Source: Neoechinorhynchus agilis
Taxonomy: Eukaryota; Animalia; Acanthocephala
Reading direction: 5' to 3'
Assembly: GCA_051530055.1 (NCBI GenBank)
Contig: CM121341.1
Location: forward strand, 13,742,784-13,806,783
DNA length: 64,000 nucleotides
The notes below the pieces were generated by a model. The model was given only the letters and a program-made list of their open reading frames with translations, was not told the DNA's origin and made no database searches. Position numbers and translations under genes: made by a program. Below are positions 8,495 through 19,817 of the stretch, one piece after another (the stretch's first letter is position 1; every line of letters begins with the position of its first letter).

Positions 8495-11480
8495 ATCCAA
8501 CTTTTTTTTAAACATAATATATATTTAACAATTCAAACAATGTGTTTGAAGCACACTCACCACCTCCCGCCAAATTCCAGCTTTTGTCCTTCCTCGACCG
8601 TCGCCATCACGCTGGCAGCATTGCCTCGTTGTACTGCCAGCGAGATATTTTGTCGAAGGAATACACCTGCTCTTGAGTCTCCGGTTGCCTCTCTCAATTT
8701 CTTCGAGACATCCTGGAGCAGAGAGAGAGAGTGCCGAGCTGCCGAGCGCTCCATACGTCTCTACCCCAAAGGGGACAAAATAGTGAGCCCTCGATAACTG
8801 AATATATTTCCGTATTTTCCTCCCTTCCGCTGCACTGGCGGCACCACCGGCGATTTCAAGGGAGTGGCGGATGTTGCTGGCTGCGAGGGTGTCCACACAC
8901 GTGGCGTCCCAGAGAAGGCATTTGCCCTCCCGTCACGGGAAGACCGAAATTCCATCGGGCCTACGGCCGTCTAGTCGACAAAGGTGGGCGGGTTCCAGGA
9001 TGTTCGGGAAGTTCGCCGTTCTCAACGCCCGAGAAATTGCGTTATCGATTTCAGAATGGTGTGAGAACCTTCCTCCTGACCTTCTGCAGACGAGACCGTG
9101 TCGCCCGAAAGCATCAACTAAAGACTCCCCTCAAACGATCCAAGAAAGGCCGGCAAAGCAAGGTCCACTAGTGGCCGAATCCCCAATCCCCCAGATGACA
9201 CAGGCAAAGAAGCTTGTCGCCACGTCTCATCTGAGAGCTGGACATTTAAAATACGTTCGAGACAAGCCCTCACCTTGCCGTCGAGCTTAGCCAATCCTTC
9301 CTTATGTTTGAAAAATGTTGCTGTGCGAACCTTGAACAATAATTTGGGGATGAAGAGCGCGTTCTTTATGAGAAACAAGGCTTCATGAGCCGAAAGAGCG
9401 CCCGATCTCATCTTCCACATTTGAATCGAAGACGCAACTGCCCAGGAGGCTGAGTTGCTCCCGAGTCACGAGTTTCAGACCTGGAGCTACGGCCTCGAAC
9501 CCAGCCATTAGTTCTTTGACTTTGGCGGCGTCTCCAATATTCAATACAAGGAGCTCACATTTTCCGGCATTGAGCTCAATGCCCATCTTCGAGGCCTCCC
9601 TAATCAACGTCTCCAAATCGTGTAGTACAACGGAGGGATCACCTCCGAGCGTTGCGTCATCCAAGTACCAAGCGTTGAAGCTGGATTGGATTTACTGTTA
9701 GGGAGAATGCGATTGGACCGAGGGGATCTCCTTGCTGCACTCCTATTTCGGACCAAACGAGGTGGTCTTCGAAAACCAAAGGAGTCGCCGTCCCGTAGGC
9801 ATTGAGAAAATACTTGAAGGCTTCCGGGGCATTATCCCTAATTGAGCGGAACTTGGTTTCTCTATTGAGAGAGTTAAAGGCGTTCCGAAAATCACACTTA
9901 AGAATCACGCACGGCTCTGAGCTTCTCGTAGCAAAGTTTCGGAGCGAGTGGACAATAGCGTCCGCCCCGCAGGATGTGCAGCAGCCCAGTTGGACTGGAC
10001 GAAGTTACTGTCCGGTTTTCTCTGTAATACGTTTGCAAAGAATTTTTCCTGCGAGTCGGTGTATCGTCGAAGATACGGCGATGGGACGGATCCCACCTTC
10101 TTTTTTTGTGAGCACACACAATGAGGCTCCGAAAAATAGGTCCTTTGCAACGGGGTTCAGGTCCTCTCCAGTCAGGCGGTCAACTTCGAGAAAGCGCACT
10201 TCCTAGAGAGAGAGCTGCTTCACCAGTTGAAAAGGACATCATGTCCTTTAGGTGCTGAGGCCTTAGTCCGTCAAGCCCGTGACCCGAGCCATTTGCAAAA
10301 GATGAGATGGCCTTTTGTAACTCTGAAATTTCAGTGGGCGTCCTGTCTTGTATGGGAGGAGATGGAATTTCAAAACTTCCGCTACTACATGGGTGCTTCG
10401 ACCGGAGTATTTGTAGCGTCTCGCTGTCTCCTTTTGCGAAACTGTCGGAGGATGACAATAACCGAACAGCCCCCCGAACATCTCCGTCCGCAAGCTTCGA
10501 AGAGACACGTTCAGTCAGTGATCGCTTTGAAAAACGGCAGCGAAACTCTTCCTTCGTGCGTCCCTTACGAACCTCGCGGAGATTCCTTTCAAAATCGTTA
10601 AATATTTGTTCAAAGGAGGCTAACCTTTCCTTGATTGTTGATATCAAAGATACCCCAGAATCACCGCGAAAGCGAAGAGCCGTGTCCATGATGGCGCACA
10701 GTTCGTTTGAAGGCAATCGTTGACCAATCCCGTAAATGCTTTGGCGACCAGATATCGCGCGCCTTTAGGGATCCGTTTGAGGACGTTCCTGGGCAGAAGC
10801 CGCACGATATCATGTATCGAAATAAAATCAGTGGTGATCTGAGGGGTCTAGGGCACGAAAGGTTCGGTTAATTGTGGTGGAGAACCAGACCCACTATAGC
10901 GGAGATCCCGGGGACCGTGGACAAACAAAACCCCCAGATTGGTTAATTTAAAAGACCTACCGCAAACCAGACACAAACCAATAGAGACGCGTGGGAGCCC
11001 GGTAGCGTTGGTCTTCTCAGGTTGATCATGATCGATGAGTGGCGCGGTCAAATTATCTGCGTCCGCAGCGTCGATTGTAGGCGATTTGAACACATTGTGA
11101 CGTAATTTGGAATTTCGCCAAAACCTATCCGATGCTGAGATCGTCCTGAGCCTTCTTGAAGGTATAGGGCTGGGAGGTGAATCTGATCCGTCGCTATATC
11201 CATCGTCTGATTTCCTCATATTCGTTCCGTCAATTTCCATTGTTTCGCAGGATTTCTGAGTTTTAGTCTATAATCCGCTGTTTGCAAGTTTTTTCAACTT
11301 TTGTTTGTTGAATGGCGATTATCCATGGTGGGTCCCTTCCCTTTTTCACAATATTTCTTCTGCCTCGTCGGACTTCTTCAAGTTGCTTGTAAGTTTTTAA
11401 ATATTCGAGTTCATCCAACTCGACAATTGACGACCTGAACGTTACAAAACGTCCGATGAGGCCGAAGTCACAGCAGTTAA
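8495..11480 (-). mobile_element. CRE-clade non-LTR retrotransposon (RT + restriction-like endonuclease), frameshifted
   Basis: N-terminal CLVC..H zinc motif; GGIRPIAV, KCDFRNAFNS, GVQQGDPLGP, WYLDD RT motifs; PWRDGRA...DTLA...RKY...FVPFGVETYG RLE; A-rich 3' end. Confidence 0.88.
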
Positions 11481-11996
11481 AGTTTCTTTTATTTCATTGA
11501 TTCTCGTGTCAACTCCAGTAGGTTGGATGATAGCACGATTGACGATTCTTTTTAAAATGCAAAATTTTTTAAAGGCTAAAATAATTTTTAACGTCGAAGT
11601 AGTTAAAATAACCTAGATCCAATTTTGCGCAATGATTTTATTCCGAAAGCTAATAGATTCTAATTTCCCTAAGTCCGTCCATCGGAAGATTGTACCCAAT
11701 AAAATTAACGCTAAGATAGGTGTCAAAGATAAATTTGTCCCGATTATCCGATCCATCATTTTATTATTTAAACGATTTGCGTTAAAGTCGATCGACATCA
11801 ACATGATTTTCAGAGATTTTCGTGTCCCTACGTTGATTCCACACGATTCAAGTTTCGGTGATCCAGAGCGGTGTTGTGAATGATTTAACTTGAATTCCCT
11901 ACTAAAAGGCACATAATGCGTTTTATTACGATAGAAAAATTAAGAATGATAGTAATAATAACACCTTTCTTTATTAATTAACAAAGAATGGGACCC

Positions 11997-12332
11997 ATGT
12001 ACTTTTGGGTTCTCATAAATATTCGAGTTCTGATATGTTCAATGAAAGCAGTTGTTGATTTTGGAATGGATTACGGGTTCGGTCGGGGTGGGAAGATCCG
12101 GTTGGGAGATGCCCGTTTGGGTGGAGATTGGTGGTTATGGCTTGCAGGAGAGTTTGTGAGGTTGTACCTTTCCTCAGGTTAATTTCAGGTTATGATATCC
12201 GTAAAGATTGGGCAGTATGGAAAAAGGAACGTAGGTGAAGGGGGTGCGAGATATAGGAGGATGAAACGAATCGAAGTTACGAATTGGGATACAGCTCTAG
12301 AATCGATTTCAATCGTTGCTAAAAAATCTTGA
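11997..12332 (+). pseudogene. Member of the lineage-specific MY(F/L)WVLI family, one in-frame stop
   Basis: Aligns at protein level with 43102..43311(-) on both sides of TAA 12180; shared upstream sequence. Confidence 0.5.
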
Positions 12333-12434
12333 TTTGCTGTTTAAACTGTGTCGCAAATATACTTTTGCGCTCATTTTAATCTTTAAGTTCATGGAGCTGC
12401 ATCGTTTGTACCCTGATAGTAAATTTTAATACTG

Positions 12435-12996
12435 GCAACTATCTTCATGCCTTTCCCTTCTCGGGGTCGCACAAAAACTTGCACTCCTAAGACTTCACAC
12501 ATCCCTCGGCCCCGTTTCTCTCAACCGTCAGTCCACAGCCAATCAATCTTTCCATCGTTTTCTCGGCCTTCTGCGCCTCCTGGTCCCTTCGATTTCCATT
12601 TGCTTAACTTTTCGAATAAATCCATTCGGCTCTTCACCTTTCACCATATCGCTCCATTTGATCCTCCGTTTCGCGGTAGCTTTCTTTGCGTCCCCCACGT
12701 TCGCTGAGCCCGGACCGCATTATTTGGGATAATGTTTTGCCTGGTCACCGCACACATCCACCTCATCATGTTCATTTCGGCCCTTCCTGCAGGCTGGTCT
12801 GATTGCCATCTTGAAGGCTCTATCTTTCAACACAACAGCCACTTTGCTTTCACACAAGATCCCAGTTAGGCTTTTCTACTTCATCCACCCGCTATTTATT
12901 CTCGATGAACTCTCGGCGGTGATATCGTTTTGCATCGACACTAGGGCCGAGGTACTTGAATTTGTCGAATTTCTGCAGCTGGGTCTCTTAAAGGGA
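12435..12996 (-). mobile_element. 5'-truncated RTE-clade LINE with a 19-bp target-site duplication
   Basis: Reverse complement of 27418..27975; flanked by atagtaaattttaatactg at 12416..12434 and 12997..13015. Confidence 0.9.
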
Positions 12997-13176
12997 ATAG
13001 TAAATTTTAATACTGAAACCTCAGTTATTACCAATTATGAAAAATGTGAATGCACTCCTCTTAAGCCTAAAATGCTCATAAAATTAAAGAATATTTTCAA
13101 TCAGACAAATTGAGTAACACGGAAGAATCGACCTACGTGTTTTCAGTACGCTCTTCTTCCGGCCTTTTTTAAAAAG

Positions 13177-13953
13177 TTGAACATGCGGAGCAGTCGAAAT
13201 CCTTCGAACCGGCATTCAACAAATTTCGACAGTCCGGACGTTCCCAGGATTGTGTTACCTACTTTACGTCCTCGTCCGAATCCGATAAAACCTAAGATTG
13301 TGCATATTTGTACTCCATCGGGTGACCGAATCAGTACTGCAAGTCTAGGACAACCTCCTGGAAATGCCCGATTTCGTAGTAGAAGATTGCTTGCCGAGGA
13401 GCAACAGACGGGCTTGGAAGTCCGCGAATCCGGACTCGTTTCATCCAATCAAATTAAACCAACTTCGAGTGCATATTCTCGGTTAGCCGGTCTTCAGGCT
13501 TCTGCGGTCTACAACCAATACAGCACACAAGGTAGTCAGACTCAAAACCGAGATAAAACCCGCGGTCTTCGTCATTTCAGCATGAAGGTTTGCCAAAAAG
13601 TAAAAGAGAAAGTCGTTACGACCTACAATGAAGTAGCTGACGAGATCGTCCAAGAGTATTGCGCGGAAATCGCCGCGGCTGCTGCTGTCACGGCTTCTCA
13701 TGCTTCCGCTTGTTATCATGGATCCAGGCGGAATCAACCGAATCTCTCTGCTGATGAACTCTTTTATGACCATAAAAACATCCGGCGTCGAGTTTACGAT
13801 GCCATCAATGTGTTGTTAGCGATGCAAATGATCGCTAAGGAGCACAAAGTTATCCGGTGGAATGGGTATCCTTCCAATGCCGCCGAAGAGTGCAAGAAAA
13901 TTTCGTCTCAGTTAGAAAAACTAAGACAGACGGAACGGCAAATGGGTGGTTAA
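13177..13953 (+). CDS. TFDP: Transcription factor DP, N-terminal part with DNA-binding domain
   Basis: RGLRHFSMKVCQKVKEK..TTYNEVADE and NIRRRVYDAINVLLAMQMIAKE..IRWNGYP are DP winged-helix/DEF-box motifs. Confidence 0.92.
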   Translation: MNMRSSRNPSNRHSTNFDSPDVPRIVLPTLRPRPNPIKPKIVHICTPSGDRISTASLGQPPGNARFRSRRLLAEEQQTGLEVRESGLVSSNQIKPTSSAYSRLAGLQASAVYNQYSTQGSQTQNRDKTRGLRHFSMKVCQKVKEKVVTTYNEVADEIVQEYCAEIAAAAAVTASHASACYHGSRRNQPNLSADELFYDHKNIRRRVYDAINVLLAMQMIAKEHKVIRWNGYPSNAAEECKKISSQLEKLRQTERQMGG

Positions 13954-14286
13954 TTGCTGTAGAAATCCATTTGCCTCCGTGTAGATTGTTTTATAATCAC
14001 AACAAATATTTTGTTAACTTTCTTAGTTTTGTCACTTCGGGGATTCAAATTCACTAATTTAAGAACCGATATTTCGTCCTGAAGCAACAAACTTGCGAAA
14101 TATCGGAATTGTCCGACAAAACTAAGAAAAGGTCTCTTTTTCCCGTCGAAGATAATTATCCTATATGTTTTAAGTTGATATGTTCATTTTTGAGATCGAG
14201 TCGGAATAAGTGCAAGAAGAAGAATCACCAGTTTTTTGCGTCGATGTGAAAATTTCATTGAATAAAAAATCAAATCAACGCCGCTG

Positions 14287-14622
14287 TCATTCCCTTACGT
14301 TGGTTGCATTAGCTCGCTTGATTTTTAATATAGGTGGCTGAAGAAAGCTGCCACAAGAGGCCCTTTGCGATAATCCCATTACGCTCTCCAGCATCGTTAG
14401 TCTCCGGTTCAAAGGGGGCAAAGTTGAAAACTGCAGCTCTCGGTATTTCAGAAATTTCTTCTGCTCCGGTGCTGTCGCCATTGATCCTGGACCTTTCCTC
14501 GTAGCTCGCGTTCCATGAAAGGCATTTTCCTCGGGCCTAGGGAATGTTGTCCGATTCGCAAATATTGGTAGGTTCCAAGATATTTTGAATGCGGATCGAA
14601 GTACATGGAAACACTCTTTCAT
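14287..14622 (-). CDS. Unidentified antisense ORF between the two DP parts
   Basis: 111-aa ATG ORF with a basic, mitochondrial-presequence-like N-terminus; GTAAGG donor at 14298. Confidence 0.4.
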   Translation of the reverse strand: MKECFHVLRSAFKISWNLPIFANRTTFPRPEENAFHGTRATRKGPGSMATAPEQKKFLKYRELQFSTLPPLNRRLTMLESVMGLSQRASCGSFLQPPILKIKRANATNVRE

Positions 14623-14888
14623 CTTAAGTAAATAAATTGTTCAATTCTAAAGTATTAGTGTTTATTGCGAGGAAAGGTAAAAAACATATAGCCAATATCT
14701 ACAAAGTTTTCTTTTTTTATAATTCTTTTTCAATGTATATATGGCGAGAAAAAGATTCGCCAAGTTTAAACGAGCGCTACTCGAAAAAGTAGTGCGTTTG
14801 GGGCAACGTTCAGGATATTACTTGGAAATCTTTCTAATCGCCTCTTACCCACCTCGTGGCTCTTCGCCGTCCTTCTGTCATAAACGCC

Positions 14889-15467
14889 ATGATCGAAACT
14901 AAACGGAACTTTATAAAAAACATATTGATTTCGGTGGCATCAAGGAGTGAACTTCGTGAAAATAACGCTTCTAAATACACAGAAGTGACCGAAGTTGACG
15001 GAACGACTCTCCCCGTCACTTGTATATTTTTTCCTAGTGGATCCCAAGTCAACTACATTGCAAACAATACTATCTTCCACTATACTTTCTACTCGACCAA
15101 CAAAGCCGAAATATTTGGAGAATCTGAATTGATGTCCAAAATGGGACATGGAAACGCTTTCCGGGAAGGGAATGCAAGTGATGAACAGATCGAGCGATTG
15201 CATTCAATTCTGCCTCCTTTATTCCATGAGTACGCAACACAACTTGGAAAGACCGGTTCAGTGAGTCCTTGTGCCGATATATCGCATTTTCTCTCGGAAT
15301 CGAACGATCAATTACCACAAGAAGACAGTGTAGCGGATTCCGATTCGGATTATTCGGATCATGTTCATTTAACCAGATCAAAAGTTAGCGGATATCGTAA
15401 AATGTCTAAGAGAATGAGATGCGATGTGGAATGTGAACCAAAAGTCGAAAGGGAAAAGCCGGATTAA
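14889..15467 (+). CDS. TFDP: Transcription factor DP, C-terminal coiled-coil/marked-box (DP domain) part
   Basis: KMGHGNAFREGNASDEQIERLHSILPPLFHEY parallels human [32 protein letters not shown]; acidic tail. Confidence 0.75.
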   Translation: MIETKRNFIKNILISVASRSELRENNASKYTEVTEVDGTTLPVTCIFFPSGSQVNYIANNTIFHYTFYSTNKAEIFGESELMSKMGHGNAFREGNASDEQIERLHSILPPLFHEYATQLGKTGSVSPCADISHFLSESNDQLPQEDSVADSDSDYSDHVHLTRSKVSGYRKMSKRMRCDVECEPKVEREKPD

Positions 15468-16038
15468 GATCTTGAGTTTAGGATGCGAGTGCTTGAAGAA
15501 TACACTGTCTTCTATGTGAATTAATTTCATATTTCGTTTAACGTTATGTTAAGGATCGATAAAAAATAGCGAGAATCTTAGCTTTTATGGGTGACGTAAC
15601 GAGATACGTCTCAAAAATCGAACTTAATTTAGCATCTCTAAAAACAGTGATTGATTGTGTCGGTGTAAAAAAATTCAATGCTAAAGATTATATGTTTATT
15701 CGGATGAATTTCCGTCATTAAAAATTAATACATAGACAATTTTGTATCACTAACTGCAAGTTCGCAAATTATTTGCTTTGTGAAATTTTTGTCCGATAAC
15801 TGAATTATTCATCTATCACAAATCTTGATCAATTTTGACAAAAATATCACGGTAGTAATTTTTTTAATTTCCATTATCTCCTTCACGGTTGTTGTGACTA
15901 TAAATAGGACTTACCGATTAATAGCGATAACTATTACGATTGCGTTGTTGGTCGCGAATATTTAGAATCACATATATTTTTCAAATATCATCGATCACCT
16001 CCGCCTACTATAAAAATTCATTGAGACACGTAACCAAT

Positions 16039-17790
16039 ATGAATAAATCAATCGACGGACAATGGCACAGAAAAAGCTTTCAGAGGATCAAAGTAACAGA
16101 CACGAAACTTGGACATGCCTGCTTAAATCTGACAAACGGAATAAGTGTAGGAATTTCATTGGATGGGTGTATTCGGATAAAGTCACTAAACAATAATATC
16201 TTAGTTGCATACAGACCCTCCCAAACCGATCCGCATTCTTATTCTTTAAAATCAAAATGCATAAACATATTTGCTTCAACCGATGCCGTTAAACTCGCAC
16301 TTTCGACTTCGAACACAAGCATTTTTACAATTGAGACGTGCAATGAACAAAAAGTGAACGGAGATCAATCACTAGAAAACAGCGTCAATCTGAATTGGGC
16401 ATCGAAAACTGTTTTAATTGAAAACCTCATTGGAGAAAATAAGACTTGGCACAGTAAAACGTCTGCTTCGCTTTGGCGATTTGATAAAGCTTTAAAGGCA
16501 TTTCTCGAATCAGCCAACAAAGATGATCTAGCCACCCAGAAGCGATTAATGAAAAGCGTTCGAATCAAGAAGATTAGCCCCGAAAATGGTGAGCATTTCC
16601 TTCAAGTTCAAATATTCTTTGAGCGTTGGATATATAACATCAGACAAAATGTGTCCGGTGTAGTGATCGCTAGGATGTCCTCAAGGACTACCAGAATGCC
16701 TTTTATGAGTATAAAAGTAGATCCCTCAGATACGGTTTTTAGTATTTCAACCGAAAAATTGAAGGCGTTTACACTAAAACATCAATTAACGTCTTACGAA
16801 ACCCATTTGTGTAGAGGATGCGAGACCTTTAATGAGATTTCGCTGAATAGCGAATTGGTTTGTCTAACGTCAAAGAATACCCACTTTTTGGTCACCAAGC
16901 CAGACAATGAGCTACGAATATACAGAATGGTTTTTAGTAGTAGTGATCAATTTAAAAGAACAAACGCTCCTAATTCAGCGAGTGAGTGCTTCAGTTCGGA
17001 AAGTAGAAACATAACTGATCATCCACTAAATTCGATCACAGTCAATGACGAGAGCAAAATAACAAATGAGCAAACGATCATCGCGTCGATTCATCCATCA
17101 TCATCAAACGAAAATAGAATAAGCACCGATAAGAGTGCTTTGAACGTTGACGACGTAAATGAAATTAATACAGGTTTAAACAATACGATAGATTGTACGG
17201 AACTAGGATCTTACAACGATGGTGACGGGAAACATTTAGACAAAATTATTTCGGAATCCTTTTTCATATTTCCGAATGGGTCAGAGGGTAGATATTTAAA
17301 AAAATCAGCAAACGAACAAGCTGAAACGCTTGACAATTCAGAAAAAGTGACAAATCCTATAATGTCGGAGAATTCATTTAACAAAACTGCTTCTCATGTC
17401 TTGGTCGCCGGTCCAGAAGTTCTGATTGGAAATAATGAAAACCTCACAAATCTAAAAAAGAGAGATAACGTAGATGAGTATGAATGCGATTCAGGGCGCG
17501 GACGAAGCAGTTGGTCATCCGATGATGTTTGCAACGGAGAATCCGTTTCAGCGGTAACGAAAAATTACACAGTTGCCGAGCTCAAGTACATTTTTGAATT
17601 TTCCAAATTTTCCCAATCGGAAGCGGCTGATAAGTCACACCGGGAAACAAAATTAGCAGAGTGCTCAAGTGGATATGTTAAACAAATGAAGACTATATTT
17701 GAATCAAAAAGATGTGAGTTACCAATTCACAAGGGTAATACGCATAGAGTAGGAACTTTTGTTCGAGCGATGATTGGGCTCTTTAGTTAA
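16039..17790 (+). CDS. Hypothetical protein (about 580 aa): globular N-half, disordered C-half
   Basis: Uninterrupted ORF (open from 15940), AATAAA at about 17819; no family recognised. Confidence 0.75.
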   Translation: MNKSIDGQWHRKSFQRIKVTDTKLGHACLNLTNGISVGISLDGCIRIKSLNNNILVAYRPSQTDPHSYSLKSKCINIFASTDAVKLALSTSNTSIFTIETCNEQKVNGDQSLENSVNLNWASKTVLIENLIGENKTWHSKTSASLWRFDKALKAFLESANKDDLATQKRLMKSVRIKKISPENGEHFLQVQIFFERWIYNIRQNVSGVVIARMSSRTTRMPFMSIKVDPSDTVFSISTEKLKAFTLKHQLTSYETHLCRGCETFNEISLNSELVCLTSKNTHFLVTKPDNELRIYRMVFSSSDQFKRTNAPNSASECFSSESRNITDHPLNSITVNDESKITNEQTIIASIHPSSSNENRISTDKSALNVDDVNEINTGLNNTIDCTELGSYNDGDGKHLDKIISESFFIFPNGSEGRYLKKSANEQAETLDNSEKVTNPIMSENSFNKTASHVLVAGPEVLIGNNENLTNLKKRDNVDEYECDSGRGRSSWSSDDVCNGESVSAVTKNYTVAELKYIFEFSKFSQSEAADKSHRETKLAECSSGYVKQMKTIFESKRCELPIHKGNTHRVGTFVRAMIGLFS

Positions 17791-18110
17791 CAATTAACTA
17801 TTCTAGATAATACTGGAGAATAAATTCGATTTTATAATGTGTTGGTTAGTAAATATGAGATTGAATTCTTTTATTAAGTCCACAAACTTTTATGAGAGTC
17901 AAAGAAAATAATTTTTAGCTTTAAGAATGCAACTCACAAATTGAGTAATTTTGAGCTTATATTGTTTAAGAATAAGAAGGATAACTCAGTTAAATTGTGA
18001 ATAGGAACCTCAACGCTTTGAGTGAGCACTATGATTTTAATCAAACTGTTTAAAGATTGAATTGTGCACGTTTTTAATTGCAAAGAACTTATTCATTTAT
18101 CTCTGTATTC

Positions 18111-18213
18111 TTTGGTGATGAAAAGAATAGATATTGATTTATTAATTCCCAATATTTCGTCGGACTTCTTCAGATCTAAAAAGTAATCAATATCTATTCT
18201 TCTCATCACCAAA
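18111..18213. repeat. Inverted repeat, 29-bp arms
   Basis: tttggtgatgaaaagaatagatattgatt / aatcaatatctattcttctcatcaccaaa. Confidence 0.85.
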
Positions 18214-19017
18214 AAACATAAATTAGCAAAGAACATTCTTAAATGATCGGTCTCCGGTTTTGACATTGGCCATTTATCAAATCCATGAGATTGATTTTTT
18301 CAGCGTCAGGAGTGACGATCGATTGACATCGTGACTCACTGGAGTTAAATAAGAGGGATTGTAGACTAAAACTCAGAATAAAGCCACTAGAACCTACTTT
18401 TAGATCTGAACAAGTCTGACGAGACGGACGAAATATCGGGATTTAATAAAAGCGGCAATTTCAGCACAAAGGCACATGCATATGACGATCTTTAATATAG
18501 TACAAATCGATTTCCTTATTTTGGTGGTAAGTATTCTTAAAAATGGCGTATGTGCCCGAGTTGTTTCGGTTTTAATAAATCCAATTTCAAATGGGTATCG
18601 ACCTCAAGTCTATATTAAACCCATGAGAATTGAAGACGCGATGCATAGAAAATCAATTCCCATTGTTCTATAATTTTTAATTAATAAAAATACTGCATTT
18701 TTGTGAGCTTCAAAACTGCTATAAAGACCTTTTCTGAGCTCGTTCTTCTTTTCATTTAAAAGGTGCACTATTCAAGCGCCAATAAACTCACGTCTTTCCG
18801 TTTAGTTCAATTTAGAATTCGTTAAAACCCGTTTTCAATATCATTTTGAAATGTTTATTAAGTCCAAATTTACCATCCCGGTGGTTTTTCTCGATATGAT
18901 GATTAGAAATGTTGTTTAGTATTAGATTATTTTCCAGATGAAGACCACAACAACGATTATTATCATATTAATCTTGGAACATATCATTTTCTTTAGCTCA
19001 GAATTTGTGACAGTTTC

Positions 19018-19199
19018 ATTAGTGTTGAAGTAAACATCCGTTACATGGCTGATAAATTTTTTTTGTAAGTTGATTTGGGGCCAGGGAAGTGATTTAGCAA
19101 AGAGGACGAAATACCTCGTTGAAGGCCAAAATATCGGTGGGCTCTATGTTCAACAAAAAAATCATCAGCCGTGTAATGATGGTCACTTCAACACTTAAT
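19018..19199. repeat. Foldback element (family A-related)
   Basis: About 47-bp imperfect arms containing catggctgataa.ttttt / atcatcagccgtg. Confidence 0.7.
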
Positions 19200-19817
19200 A
19201 AAAGGTAACCGGCTAGCGAAACGTAAGAGAAAATAGTTTTATTAGAGTTTAAAAGTTGGAATTTAACGTAGGATTCATGCTTACTCTATGAGTTCCAATC
19301 ACCGCGATTAAACATTCAAATTAACGGTACAAATTAGAATTTAGAAATCCATACATTGCCGTAAAAGATTAAAAAATGACCATGTATTTTACAGCGGTCA
19401 AAATGAGAGCATTTGGATGCAATGTTCAAATACCGTCTTAATCTGAACACGTTATTATGGCTCTCTCAAATGATCTGTTTAAATGAAAATCGAATTCATA
19501 TGAAAAAATCTTTACAATCTTCCTATGCATTTGGTAAAGCGAAGTGAGCACTAAATCGAAAAATTAAGCGTTCTTTCAAGATCGTTCTAATTTTCCCGCT
19601 TCAAACGCGTATTTTTTAAATCAAACAAGAATCTTTTTGACGATTGAATTCTAGTAAAGATATGTTATTATTATTTTGGTCTCTAGTCAACACCGGTATA
19701 TTTCTATTGATTGTGTCGGTCATTTTATCAGATTCGCCTGTAATGATCATTTAAGGGAGACCAAAATAACAAACAAAAAAAGATTCTTAACCAATCAGAG
19801 AAGATTTAACCTTTTTA

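Noticed and set aside
8399-10723. Several plus-strand ORFs of 60-146 aa
   Set aside because: Antisense shadows of the GC-richer CRE coding sequence
11613-11912. Overlapping ORFs on both strands
   Set aside because: No recognisable motif, weak starts, AT-rich chance ORFs
13950-14160. Minus-strand open frame whose stop overlaps the DP stop (shared TTAA)
   Set aside because: Would need a phase-2 donor, but the available donor at 14298 is phase 0, so it cannot be tied to the antisense gene
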